From positions 1-22,804 of the forward strand of contig JANPJS010000269.1 of assembly GCA_031425655.1 (NCBI GenBank): 22,804 bases of DNA, in the 5' to 3' direction. The DNA comes from Abditibacteriaceae bacterium (GTDB taxonomy: Bacteria; Armatimonadota; Abditibacteriia; Abditibacteriales; Abditibacteriaceae). Of the stretch, positions 6,595 through 16,172 are shown one piece after another (the stretch's first letter is position 1; every line of letters begins with the position of its first letter). The position numbers and the translations under genes were made by a program. Below the pieces are notes generated by a model. It was not told the DNA's origin, ran no database searches, and saw only the letters and a program-made list of their open reading frames with translations.

Positions 6595-8127
6595 TCAACT
6601 TTCCAATGAACTTAAATCGCTGTTGGCCGGGCCATTGACGACATGGCCTCTGGCGTCGAAGCGCGAGCCGTGAGCAGGGCAGTCCCAGCTTTTTTCGCTG
6701 CTGTTCCAACGCACGATGCCGCCCAAATGCGGGCAAACCGCCGATTTTTCGTGCAAAGCTCCGCTTTCATCGCGGAAGCAGGCGATTTTGTGCAAGCCCT
6801 TCCTTATAATGGCGCCTTCGCCGGGCGCGATGTCATCGGCGGAATGCACGTCGCCGCCAGTTACCCAATCGGCGTATTGCGCGGCCATATTGCCGCTTTC
6901 CTTTAGAAATTCGCCCGCCGCGCGCAGAGTTTTGCGCGCCGGATTGTAAAGCCCCGCCCATTCGTTATCGCGGCCCAAAATCAAATCGCGGATGAGAATT
7001 CCCGCAATGGTGCCATGCGTCATGCCCATGCCGCTGTCGCCGGTTGCGATGAAAACATTGGGCGAATCGCTGGGATTACGTCCGATAAAGGCCAAACCGT
7101 CAACCGGTTCGAGCACCTGTCCCGACCAGCGAAACAGCACTTCGCCGAGCGGCGTAAAGCGTTCGCGCGCCCATTCTTCCAAATTGGCGTAGCGCGATTC
7201 GGCGTCGTCGGCTTGGCCGGTTTTGTGATCTTCGCCGCCGACAATCAACACTTCGTTGGCTTCGTCCAACGCTTGCAATCGCACATAATGATAAGGATCG
7301 GCGGTATCCCAATAAAGTCCCGGCTCGACGGCGCCTTTTGGCACTTGGGCGCCGATGACGTAAGTGCGATAGGCTGCTTGTTTGGTGTGCATCGTCACCA
7401 TGTCGTTGAAGGGCGAATTGGTGGCGACAACCACGAATGTGCAAGTGACTTCGTGCCCGCCCGCGACTTCGACGCGCGCCACGTCTTCCGATTCGGTGCT
7501 GATTTTTTCAACGTGGCTGCCGCAGTAAATCTTGCCGTCGTATTTTTCGACGGCGCCGGCCAATCCGTCCAAGTATTTTAAAACGTGGAACTGCCCCTGA
7601 CGCGGAAAGCGCAGCGCCGGGCCGCTCTCGAAATCCACAAGCGGCGCGCGTTCGATTTTCTCGACAGCGTTATGTCCGGCGCGGCGTGCGGCTTCGAGTT
7701 CATCATCGAGAACTTGCGTGTCTTCGCCCGGCGCGGCGAAAAGAAAGCCGTCCAATCGCGCGAAATCGCATTCGATGCCTTCCAGCCGCGTGATGCCTTC
7801 TATTTCATCAATCGCGGCGTTGTGGCTCTCGAAGGCGAGTTGGGCGCCGCGTGCGCCGTGCAAACGCTCAATTTCCACATAGGTGTCGTCAATTTCGTTG
7901 GATAAATGCGCCGTGGTGCGCGAAGTTTCGCCGCCGCCAATCGCGCCATCATCTAACACCACGACCGAGCGCCCGGCTTTAGCCAGTTGATAAGCAACGC
8001 TCAATCCGGCGATGCCGGCGCCGATAACGCAAACATCGGCCTCGACATCTTCGTTCAACGGTGCGTAAACCGGCACTTGGGCGGTGGCAATCCACAGCGA
8101 AATACTTTGTCCTAATTCGGGATTCAT
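6595..8127 (-). CDS. FAD-dependent oxidoreductase (DAO family) with C-terminal Rieske 2Fe-2S domain, YhfW-like
   Basis: DVCVIGAGIAGLS dinucleotide motif; Rieske boxes CPHLG and WDCPAHGSRF; AAGGAG before ATG 8127. Confidence 0.93.
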   Translation of the reverse strand: MNPELGQSISLWIATAQVPVYAPLNEDVEADVCVIGAGIAGLSVAYQLAKAGRSVVVLDDGAIGGGETSRTTAHLSNEIDDTYVEIERLHGARGAQLAFESHNAAIDEIEGITRLEGIECDFARLDGFLFAAPGEDTQVLDDELEAARRAGHNAVEKIERAPLVDFESGPALRFPRQGQFHVLKYLDGLAGAVEKYDGKIYCGSHVEKISTESEDVARVEVAGGHEVTCTFVVVATNSPFNDMVTMHTKQAAYRTYVIGAQVPKGAVEPGLYWDTADPYHYVRLQALDEANEVLIVGGEDHKTGQADDAESRYANLEEWARERFTPLGEVLFRWSGQVLEPVDGLAFIGRNPSDSPNVFIATGDSGMGMTHGTIAGILIRDLILGRDNEWAGLYNPARKTLRAAGEFLKESGNMAAQYADWVTGGDVHSADDIAPGEGAIIRKGLHKIACFRDESGALHEKSAVCPHLGGIVRWNSSEKSWDCPAHGSRFDARGHVVNGPANSDLSSLES

Positions 8128-8335
8128 GGCTGCTCCTTGATTTCGCCCGGCCCAGCAGCAAGCGAAGTGCCGGAGCAAAGAAAGCGTAACGCGACGTTAG
8201 GTTGAAATCGAAAGTGGGCATAATATGAACGCGAAATGTTTTTGTTAAGCAAAAATTGCATCGCCGTGATATAATTTCACCATTCCATTGCCGCATTACG
8301 CCGCCCCGTGGAGATTATCCGAAGGAGATTGTTTT

Positions 8336-9775
8336 ATGTTTGAAACCACTGAACACAGCAATTGTTCGAACGTGCAAACCGTGGCCTCGCGCCGCGAGTT
8401 CCTGCAAACCGCCGGGGCCGGTATGGCCGGTTTGGCTTTAACCGTGCTTCTCGATGGCCAAGACGCGCACGCTGCGGCGCCATCGCTTTTGGTGCCGTCA
8501 AAAGGCGGCGCCAAGAAAATCGCGGTTGCCAACGGGCCACTCGCGCCCAAAATGCCGCCGCTGCCGGCCAAAGCGAAATATGTGATTCACATTTTCGCGG
8601 GCGGCGCGCCCAGCCATGTGGACACCTTCGACCCGAAGCCGGGAATGCAAAAGCACCGCGATCAAACCGTCGGCAATTCGGGCGGCGTGATCTTTCCGTC
8701 GCCTTTCGAGTTCCCCAAATGCGGCAAAAGCGGCCTGGAAATCAGTGAAATCTTCCCCAAATTGGGCGAAGTCGCCGACGAAATGTGCGTGATTCGCTCA
8801 CTGACCGCCGATGTGCCGGCTCACGGCCCCGCCGCCAAATTTATGAACACCGGCTCGCTGGTTTTAACCAAACCCAGCCTCGGTTCGTGGGTGCTTTATG
8901 GATTAGGAACGGAAAACCAGAATTTGCCCGGCTTCGTGGCTTTGGGCGGCAGCCCGGATTGGCGCCAATCGGCGTTTTTGCCTTCCCTTTATCAGGGCGC
9001 CAAAACCGATTACCGCGCCGGAGCGCCCGTAGACAAAGTTTTACCGAACCTGCGCAGCGACTTCGCCACGCAAGACGAGCAGCGTTTGCAGCTCGAATTG
9101 GCGCACAAACTCGACGATATGCACATGGAAAAAGTGCGCCGCGACGAGCAACTCGAAGCGCGCATTGATTCGTTTGAATTGGCTTTTCGGATGCAAACCG
9201 AAGCCATCGAAGCCTTCGATATCACCAAAGAAACGCAGGCCACACGCGATCAATATGGCAAAGGCCAGCTTGGCGCGCGTCTTCTCGTGGCGCGCCGTTT
9301 AGTTGAGCGCGGCGTGCGTTTTGTGCAAGTAGACGCCGGCGGTTGGGATCACCACGCCAACCTGGAAACTTCCATCACGCGCACCGCTGCGGAAATTGAC
9401 AAAGCGGCAGGCGCGCTCATCGCCGACTTGAAAGTGCGCGGCTTGCTCGAAGAGACTCTTGTCATCTGGGGCGGCGAATTCGGACGCACACCGACGACCG
9501 AAGGGCGCGTTGGCGAAGCATCAGGGCGCGATCACCACTCGAAGGTCTATTGCACCTGGATGGCCGGCGGCGGCGTCAAAGGCGGCACGGCTTACGGTTC
9601 CAGCGACGAACTGGGCATGAACCCCGGCACCAATCCCGTGACCGTGCATGATCTGCACGCCACGATTCTGCGCTTGATGGGCTTCGATCATAAGAATCTC
9701 ACCTATCGTTACAACGGGCGCGACTTCCGACTCACCGACAACTTCGGCGAGATCATCAAAGACATCATTGCGTAA
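8336..9775 (+). CDS. DUF1501 domain protein with Tat-like signal
   Basis: SRREFLQ twin-arginine motif; GAPSHVDTFDPKP, ARRLVERGVRFVQV, WDHH, GEFGRTP, GRDH, HDLHATIL; AAGGAG before ATG 8336. Confidence 0.93.
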   Translation: MFETTEHSNCSNVQTVASRREFLQTAGAGMAGLALTVLLDGQDAHAAAPSLLVPSKGGAKKIAVANGPLAPKMPPLPAKAKYVIHIFAGGAPSHVDTFDPKPGMQKHRDQTVGNSGGVIFPSPFEFPKCGKSGLEISEIFPKLGEVADEMCVIRSLTADVPAHGPAAKFMNTGSLVLTKPSLGSWVLYGLGTENQNLPGFVALGGSPDWRQSAFLPSLYQGAKTDYRAGAPVDKVLPNLRSDFATQDEQRLQLELAHKLDDMHMEKVRRDEQLEARIDSFELAFRMQTEAIEAFDITKETQATRDQYGKGQLGARLLVARRLVERGVRFVQVDAGGWDHHANLETSITRTAAEIDKAAGALIADLKVRGLLEETLVIWGGEFGRTPTTEGRVGEASGRDHHSKVYCTWMAGGGVKGGTAYGSSDELGMNPGTNPVTVHDLHATILRLMGFDHKNLTYRYNGRDFRLTDNFGEIIKDIIA

Positions 9776-9781
9776 AACCGG

Positions 9782-9824
9782 AAGGGCAGGCGTCGCTTTG
9801 CAGCGGCGCCTGCCCTTGTTTTTT
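9782..9824 (+). terminator. Rho-independent terminator-like hairpin
   Basis: AAGGGCAGGCGTCGCT-TTGC-AGCGGCGCCTGCCCTT followed by GTTTTTT. Confidence 0.8.
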
Positions 9825-9874
9825 CACTTCAGGGCGGACATGGCGATTTGGTCGCCGATTGTCACTTTACTCCC

Positions 9875-12800
9875 ATGCGCACCCTCTCATTTTTGCTTCT
9901 TTTGTCCATGCCGGCGGCGGTTTTAACAGCGGCGCCGGTTTTTGCTGCCGACGAAAAGCCCGACGCCAAAGGCGTCGAGTTTTTCGAGGCGAACATCCGC
10001 CCCGTTTTAATCGAAAAGTGCTATTCCTGCCACAGCCTTGCAACGAAAGCCAAAGGCGGATTGTTGCTCGACACCCGCGAATCTACCCTGCGCGGCGGCG
10101 GGAGCGGCCCGGCTATCGTGCCCGGCAAGCCCGACGAAAGCCTGCTTTATAAGGCGATTGCCTACGCTCAGGCCGATTTGCAAATGCCGCCCGCGGCCAA
10201 ACTTCCGGCGGCTCAAATCAGTGCCATCCGCGCGTGGATTCAAATGGGTGCGCCCGACCCACGCGATAAGCCTCCTGCGGGCGCCGGAGCCGGCGTTCTC
10301 AACGGCATGACGCCCAAAGCCAAGTCTCACTGGGCTTTCAAGCCGTTGAAAAAGGTCGAAGTGCCCAATCCGCCCGATGACGTGCAATGGCCCGGTTGGA
10401 CGAAAAACGCCGTGGATCGCTTTGTTTTGGCTTCGCTGCAAGCCAAACGCATCGCGCCGAGCGCTACGGCGCCGCGCGCCACGCTGATTCGCCGTTTGAG
10501 CTACGACTTGCTTGGCTTGCCGCCCACGACGTTGGAAATGAAGGCGTTTGTCAATGACAAATCGCCCGATGCGTGGGAAAAAGTGGTGGATAGAATGCTT
10601 GCAAGTCCGCACTATGGAGAGCGCTGGGGGCGTCACTGGCTCGATTCGGCGCGTTACTCCGACACCACAGGCAACGATGACGACGGCGGCAGTATGCGCA
10701 TCTCGGATTATCGCTTTCCCTATGCGTGGACGTATCGTGACTACGTCGTTAAGGCCTTTAACGATGACAAGCCGTATAACCAGTTCCTCATCGAGCAAAT
10801 CGCCGCCGACAAACTGCCGGACGTGAAGCCGAACGACGAGCGACTGGCTGCTCTGGGATTCTTGACGGTTGGCAAACGCTTCGCCAACAACGACGACACC
10901 ATTGACGAGCGCATTGACGCCTTAACTAAATCCACGATGGGCCTGACTGTGGCTTGCGCGCGTTGCCACGACCACAAGTTCGACCCGATTCCGACTGCCG
11001 ATTATTACGCGCTGCACGGCGTTTTCGATTCGCTTTACGAGCCGGAAGAAAAGCCGCAATTGGCGACCGAAGCCAAAGAAGACGACCGCGTGCAGTTCGC
11101 CATGAAACTGGCGACGCTGGAAAGCAAAAACCGCGACGTAATTTACAAAATCCTGCGCGACCGCTTGACGCAGTTCCAGGACGGCGCCGAAGGTTATTTG
11201 CAGATTGCCCTGCTGCCCAACCGCTCGCCGCGCCGCGCTGACTTGGCCAAGCAATACAAGATCAACCCCGACGAGCGCGAGATTTTCGATTCGCTGCGTA
11301 TCGGCGGCGACCACCCGGTTCTTGGCCCTTTTCAACAACTGGCGCGCGTGCCGGACGATTCGTTCGCCGACAAATCCGCCGAACTGATTCCCAGAATCCT
11401 CAAAGACAAGAATTACAACCCGCTGGTCACGGCGATGCTGCGCGATTTGAAGCCGCAGTCGCTGCTCGATTTGGCCAAAGCTTACGGCTCGCTCTTCGCT
11501 AAAGCCAAGCAATCCACGCCGGATTACTTCCGCGAGCGTTCCACGGCGGGCAACAAGATCGTGCCCGTGGATGCGGCGATGGAACAAATCATCAACACGC
11601 CGTATTTCATTCCCGCCGCCGATGACATCTCCACGGCGCCGCAGCAGGCCGAATACTTTTCATCGCGCAAGCTGATGAAAGAAAGGTGGCAGCGTGCCAT
11701 CGAACTGGACGGCAGCGAGCGCCGCTTGCTTTTCGCGGCCATCAACGAATTGCGCCTGACCGAAAAAGGCGCCACGCCCGCCGCGATGATTATTGGCGAC
11801 AAAGCCAACCCGCGCAACAGCCGCATTTTCATTCGCGGCGAACGCTCCCGTCTTGGCGCCGAAGCGCCGCGCCAGTTTTTGGAAATCGCCGCCGGGCCGG
11901 GCCGCCAGCCGTTCAAAGAAGGCGCCGGACGCCTCGAATTGGCCCGCGCCATCGCCGATAAACAGAATCCTCTAACGGCGCGCGTCATGGTCAACCGCGT
12001 GTGGATGTATCACTTCGGCGAAGGCTTCGTGCGCTCGCCGGACGACTTGGGCAATATGTCGGAAACGCCCAGCCATCCCGAACTGCTCGATTATTTGTCT
12101 GGCTGGTTCATGGAGCGCGGCTGGTCGGTGAAGCAACTGCACAAGCTGATTTTGATGTCGAAAACTTATCAGCAGGACAGCGAAACGCGCTTCGACGGCG
12201 AGGAAGGCAACCCCGACAACCGCTTGCTGTGGCGCTCGAATTTGCGCCGTCTCGACTTCGAGGCGATCCGCGATTCGATGCTGCAACTGACCGGCAAAAT
12301 GGACACGACCGTCGGCGGCCAACCGGCCAACATCACCGACGAGCCGTATTCGTATCGCCGCAGCGTTTATGGGTTCGTGGATCGTTTGAATTTGTCCGAC
12401 CTGATGAGTCAGTTCGATTTCGCCAATCCCGAAATGACCAACACCAAGCGCATCACCACGATTGTGCCGCAGCAGGCCTTGTTCTTTATGAACAACGCGC
12501 TGCCCGTCGAAGTGGCGCGGCAGATAGCGGCGCGGCAAAGCGTGACCAACGCACCCGACGACGTGGCGCGTGTCGAAGCGATTTACGAAGTGCTTTTCCA
12601 ACGCGCGCCCAAAGAGCGCGAAATCGCTATGGCCGGTGCATTCATCCAGAAAGCCACGGAAATCTACGACAAAAAAGTGCCCGACGCTTCTGCTGCGGGC
12701 AAAGAAGGCAAGAAAGAGGGCAAAATGGTCTGGAAAGACGGCAAAATGGTCTGGGAAGCCAAAAAGCCGGTCAAAGAAGCGCCCAAACACATCGGCACCA

Positions 12801-12979
12801 TGATGATGCAGATGGATCCGAAAGCCGAAATTGACATGGGCAAAATGTCCGAAATGGCGCGCAACAAGTTCGCAGTGATGAAAAACGAAGGCGACCTTGT
12901 CGAACGCAAACCGCTCACGCCATGGGAGCTTTACGTGCAAGCGCTGCTTTATTCCAACGAGTTCGTTTATGTGAACTAA
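9875..12979 (+). CDS. Planctomycete-type cytochrome c + DUF1549 (PSCyt2) + DUF1553 (PSD1) protein
   Basis: Signal peptide; FFEANIRPVLIEKCYSCH; HWAFKP; YGERWGRHWLDSARYSDT; CARCHDHKFDPI; NPLTARVMVNRVWMYHFGEG; PSHPELLDYL; ends SNEFVYVN. Confidence 0.95.
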   Translation: MRTLSFLLLLSMPAAVLTAAPVFAADEKPDAKGVEFFEANIRPVLIEKCYSCHSLATKAKGGLLLDTRESTLRGGGSGPAIVPGKPDESLLYKAIAYAQADLQMPPAAKLPAAQISAIRAWIQMGAPDPRDKPPAGAGAGVLNGMTPKAKSHWAFKPLKKVEVPNPPDDVQWPGWTKNAVDRFVLASLQAKRIAPSATAPRATLIRRLSYDLLGLPPTTLEMKAFVNDKSPDAWEKVVDRMLASPHYGERWGRHWLDSARYSDTTGNDDDGGSMRISDYRFPYAWTYRDYVVKAFNDDKPYNQFLIEQIAADKLPDVKPNDERLAALGFLTVGKRFANNDDTIDERIDALTKSTMGLTVACARCHDHKFDPIPTADYYALHGVFDSLYEPEEKPQLATEAKEDDRVQFAMKLATLESKNRDVIYKILRDRLTQFQDGAEGYLQIALLPNRSPRRADLAKQYKINPDEREIFDSLRIGGDHPVLGPFQQLARVPDDSFADKSAELIPRILKDKNYNPLVTAMLRDLKPQSLLDLAKAYGSLFAKAKQSTPDYFRERSTAGNKIVPVDAAMEQIINTPYFIPAADDISTAPQQAEYFSSRKLMKERWQRAIELDGSERRLLFAAINELRLTEKGATPAAMIIGDKANPRNSRIFIRGERSRLGAEAPRQFLEIAAGPGRQPFKEGAGRLELARAIADKQNPLTARVMVNRVWMYHFGEGFVRSPDDLGNMSETPSHPELLDYLSGWFMERGWSVKQLHKLILMSKTYQQDSETRFDGEEGNPDNRLLWRSNLRRLDFEAIRDSMLQLTGKMDTTVGGQPANITDEPYSYRRSVYGFVDRLNLSDLMSQFDFANPEMTNTKRITTIVPQQALFFMNNALPVEVARQIAARQSVTNAPDDVARVEAIYEVLFQRAPKEREIAMAGAFIQKATEIYDKKVPDASAAGKEGKKEGKMVWKDGKMVWEAKKPVKEAPKHIGTMMMQMDPKAEIDMGKMSEMARNKFAVMKNEGDLVERKPLTPWELYVQALLYSNEFVYVN

Positions 12980-12991
12980 AGCCGTTAAAAT

Positions 12992-13034
12992 AGCAAAAGC
13001 CGCGCATCCAAATTTTGGATGCGCGGCTTTTGCT
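12992..13034. terminator. Bidirectional terminator-like palindrome, copy 1
   Basis: AGCAAAAGCCGCGCATCCAAA-T-TTTGGATGCGCGGCTTTTGCT between convergent genes. Confidence 0.85.
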
Positions 13035-13072
13035 TTATTGGGTTGCGTGTGGAGAAGCACACTCATCGGGTG

Positions 13073-13507
13073 TTACTGATAAGTCTGCCCGTTGTGCTTG
13101 ACCCAACCTGCCGTGTGACGCTCTTTCGGGTCGTGGTGCGTCCAGTGGACTATACCGCCCTTGTCGTTCCACACGTATTCGCCGTAGAAGCTTACTCTAT
13201 CGTCCTTCTGTAGCCCGACGACTCTTGGTGCAATGTCGATGTTGTGCGCAATAAGCACCGTCTGACTTGATTTAAGGCCAACGATGAAGCGCTGATGCCT
13301 GTCGCCAGCGAGATCGTCCGCCAATATGCGAATTACTACGCCTTCGTCTTGAACCTGGACATTGCTTGTCCTGTTTTTGAAAGCGCGTCCGATTGGAGTG
13401 TCGGTGCTGACCGAACTACCGTTTGGCGCGGGCAACTGAACTGCACTGCCACAGGCAGTCCAATTCAGGGCACATACAATGACTGCGGCAATGTAGATCC
13501 GTTTCAC
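13073..13507 (-). CDS. DUF3465-family lipoprotein
   Basis: ILADDLAGDRHQRFIV, IAHNIDIAPR, GEYVWNDKGGIVHWTHHDP; lipobox-like WTAC; AAGGAG before GTG. Confidence 0.9.
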   Translation of the reverse strand: MKRIYIAAVIVCALNWTACGSAVQLPAPNGSSVSTDTPIGRAFKNRTSNVQVQDEGVVIRILADDLAGDRHQRFIVGLKSSQTVLIAHNIDIAPRVVGLQKDDRVSFYGEYVWNDKGGIVHWTHHDPKERHTAGWVKHNGQTYQ

Positions 13508-13602
13508 AGGTGATATATCTCCTTAACGTTGTATGAGTGTGAATGGTGGATTTTACCTCAACCGCGTTTTCGCCGCAGAGCGCATTTCTCGCGCAGCCGC
13601 AC

Positions 13603-13646
13603 AACAGAGATTATCCTGCGATTTCAATCGCCGCATAATCTCTGTT
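13603..13646. repeat. Palindrome with REP-like GCGATTTCAATCGC core
   Basis: AACAGAGATTAT-CCT-GCGATTTCAATCGC-CGC-ATAATCTCTGTT. Confidence 0.75.
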
Positions 13647-13697
13647 ATTGTGAGTATTGCCAACCCCAATAAATTCATAAGAGAATCTCTTTATCCG

Positions 13698-13746
13698 ACA
13701 AACAAAAGCCGTGCATCCAAATTTTGGATGCGCAGCTTTTGTTTGT
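13698..13746. terminator. Terminator-like palindrome, copy 2
   Basis: ACAAACAAAAGCCGTGCATCCAAATTTTGGATGCGCAGCTTTTGTTTGT, nearly identical to 12992-13034. Confidence 0.8.
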
Positions 13747-13801
13747 TCTGCTCCTCAAGGAGTCAGTGAAGTTGTGAGCGTTTGCTGGCCAAGAAGCGCG
13801 A

Positions 13802-14362
13802 TCAATAGCGCTTTCCGTCGGTTTTATCCGGATCCTTAATCCAGAGATGCACTTTCTCAGTGTCGCCGCTTGGCGTCACGCGAATCGTGACCGCTCCTGA
13901 TTGTGTTGGAGTAAAGCTTTGTGCTTCTGCTGTGTTCCAATCGTAATTGCTTCTGGTTGACGAGCCAACGGCATGAGGAGAAAAGCTCTGCTGTGTATCG
14001 AGGAGGACGTTTCCCTTCGCATCCACGATATTCACAGCGATCTGCGCCTCGGCAGTCATGGAGGATGGATCAGGAACTGGCCAAATTTGCAAAGCGTGGA
14101 GCGAGTTGGGATGCTCGACGGTGAACGAGGCTGGCCCGCTGCTGATTTCTGTTTCAAACAAGGTGGAGGCATTTTCCTGAACCGAGCCTCCGTAGAGGCT
14201 GAAGCCTAAGCTGACACCGATAAGGATGACGAGGCTGCCCAAACCGGCAAATACAAATTTGCCAAAGGGTTTGGCTTTCTTGCCGAGAGATATCAGCCAG
14301 ATACCGATAGCGCCGATGACAGCGACGGCGATAAGTGACGTAACGAGAGCTTTCCAATCCAT
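13802..14362 (-). CDS. Hypothetical membrane protein (2 N-terminal TM + soluble beta-rich domain)
   Basis: GGAGG before ATG 14362 (MDWKALVTS...); two hydrophobic helices. Confidence 0.8.
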   Translation of the reverse strand: MDWKALVTSLIAVAVIGAIGIWLISLGKKAKPFGKFVFAGLGSLVILIGVSLGFSLYGGSVQENASTLFETEISSGPASFTVEHPNSLHALQIWPVPDPSSMTAEAQIAVNIVDAKGNVLLDTQQSFSPHAVGSSTRSNYDWNTAEAQSFTPTQSGAVTIRVTPSGDTEKVHLWIKDPDKTDGKRY

Positions 14363-14487
14363 CAGCACAACCTCCAATCCTGCATATCCAAAAGCGTAGG
14401 ACATCCGTGATTCACGGATATTTGTTGATTTAAAACGAGTATCGCGTTCGTTTTCTGCTCCCTTTGGACGATTCCCATGCGATTACT

Positions 14488-15969
14488 CTACTGGGCGCCG
14501 GCTTTTTTGAAACCAGATTCTTTCACTTGTCTGGTCGTTAATTCCAAGATGGAAATCCAATTGTCCTTGAGCGTGGTGACGCGGTCTTGTATGACGATCC
14601 AGTCCCAAGTGCCTTTGGCTTTGAGCAGCACCACACCGTCGCCACCCTGATGCTTCATCTCTTCGACGGTAGCTTTGCGCCACGCGCCACGCAGAGTGTC
14701 AGCGTGCGCGACTTGCCAAACATAAGTGCCGTTCGGGTTTAGCGTCAGCGTGCCAACATTACCAACGGCAGATTCATTCTGCCGCATAACTCTGTCTTTC
14801 ACCACGTAATCCACCACTCCGCCGATTTTGCTCAAATTCCACGCACCCATTAACCAGTTCTGTCTGGTAGGTGGCCCATAATTATCTCTCAAAGAGAACC
14901 ACAGACTCGAATCGCCGGCGCCAAACTTACCTAAGTCGCGGTAAAATGGACTGCCTACCTCTGCACGAAAGTTCAGACCGCGCTGCTTCAACATGGCGAT
15001 TAACTCCTTTCCAGTCTGATGCCGCTTCTCATACGGGATGCTAAGCGGTTCAGCGCCAAGCCGTGTTTTCAAAAAGCTCAGAATTTCGGCCTCTGTCGTC
15101 AATCCACCACCGGGAGCAGGTGCCGCCGGCTTAACCTCCGGGACGTTTAACGGGACAATCGCAGGTTTAAGCGCTGGGACAGATAGCGGAACGGTTGTGG
15201 GCTGTCCCTGACGCGCGTCTTCGGCCTCCTGCTGGGCGCGTGCAGCGTAAGCGTCGTCCAACGAGACTTTGGCAAGGCGCTCTGTTGATGCGGCCAGTGT
15301 GTTGAGAATCGCGGTGTCTGCCGGATTGAGGGCCAGAGCGCGAAAGAGTGACGCCTTGGCCAACGCATCCTTCTGCTGCTTCAGATAAATGAGGCTCAAT
15401 TGATAGTGAGCTTGGCTGGACTGTGGATTCTGGCGAATCGTGCTGCGGAGCGCAAAAGCGGCCTCGTCGAGATTGCCCTTATTGCGCAGAGTCGAACCTT
15501 GCTGCAAGAGTCCATTTTGGGGCGCACCAGCCGTGCCCGCTGCGTCCTGCCCGCGCGCCTTGGCGCGAGCCGCTAAAAACTCTTCTTCGCTGACTCTGCC
15601 ATCGCCATTAGCATCGTAAGTTCGGACGTTGCCGGCTTCCAACTCTTTGCCGGATAACAAGCCGTTTCCGCTGATATCGAGTCGCTTGAACAGCTTGGTA
15701 TCCTCTTCGGGTGAAGCTGCCGCGCGTCCAGCCATGAACTCGGCTTTGGTGACTTCATTATCGCCGTCGGCATCGTATTTCTTCCAGCCGCCGTCCAACT
15801 CCTTGCCGTCCAGCCATCCATCCTCGGTGATGTCCAACTGCTTCCAGAGTGCCTCATCGTCCGCCGCTTGAACGCAGGCCACGCCGCTACAAAGCAAGCC
15901 CAGCACAAGCAAAAAGGGCGAGTGCCCCACGGTTCTAACGGTCGCTGTGAGTGTCTTGTGCTGTTTCAT
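14488..15969 (-). CDS. Secreted EF-hand + TPR protein with an unrecognised C-terminal domain
   Basis: Signal peptide; four EF-hand loops (DITEDGWLDGKE, DADGDNEVTKAE, DISGNGLLSGKE, DANGDGRVSEEE); TPRs (NPQSSQAHYQL, RALALNPAD); Pro-rich linker; GAGGAAGG RBS. Confidence 0.85.
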   Translation of the reverse strand: MKQHKTLTATVRTVGHSPFLLVLGLLCSGVACVQAADDEALWKQLDITEDGWLDGKELDGGWKKYDADGDNEVTKAEFMAGRAAASPEEDTKLFKRLDISGNGLLSGKELEAGNVRTYDANGDGRVSEEEFLAARAKARGQDAAGTAGAPQNGLLQQGSTLRNKGNLDEAAFALRSTIRQNPQSSQAHYQLSLIYLKQQKDALAKASLFRALALNPADTAILNTLAASTERLAKVSLDDAYAARAQQEAEDARQGQPTTVPLSVPALKPAIVPLNVPEVKPAAPAPGGGLTTEAEILSFLKTRLGAEPLSIPYEKRHQTGKELIAMLKQRGLNFRAEVGSPFYRDLGKFGAGDSSLWFSLRDNYGPPTRQNWLMGAWNLSKIGGVVDYVVKDRVMRQNESAVGNVGTLTLNPNGTYVWQVAHADTLRGAWRKATVEEMKHQGGDGVVLLKAKGTWDWIVIQDRVTTLKDNWISILELTTRQVKESGFKKAGAQ

Positions 15970-16172
15970 GTGACCTTCCTCATTTGTTGAAATCATTCTT
16001 ATTTTAGCACAATTTATGCTTTATAAAATCAACACACGCGGTTAACGGTGCTTGATAATTCGCGTCGAGCGCGCAATTGCGTTGCTGCCAAACACGATTC
16101 GCGTTTTTGTCGCGCTCTATTTGTTGTTATCCTGAGTTTGCAAACCCCAATTAAATCTCAGGAGAAACTCCT

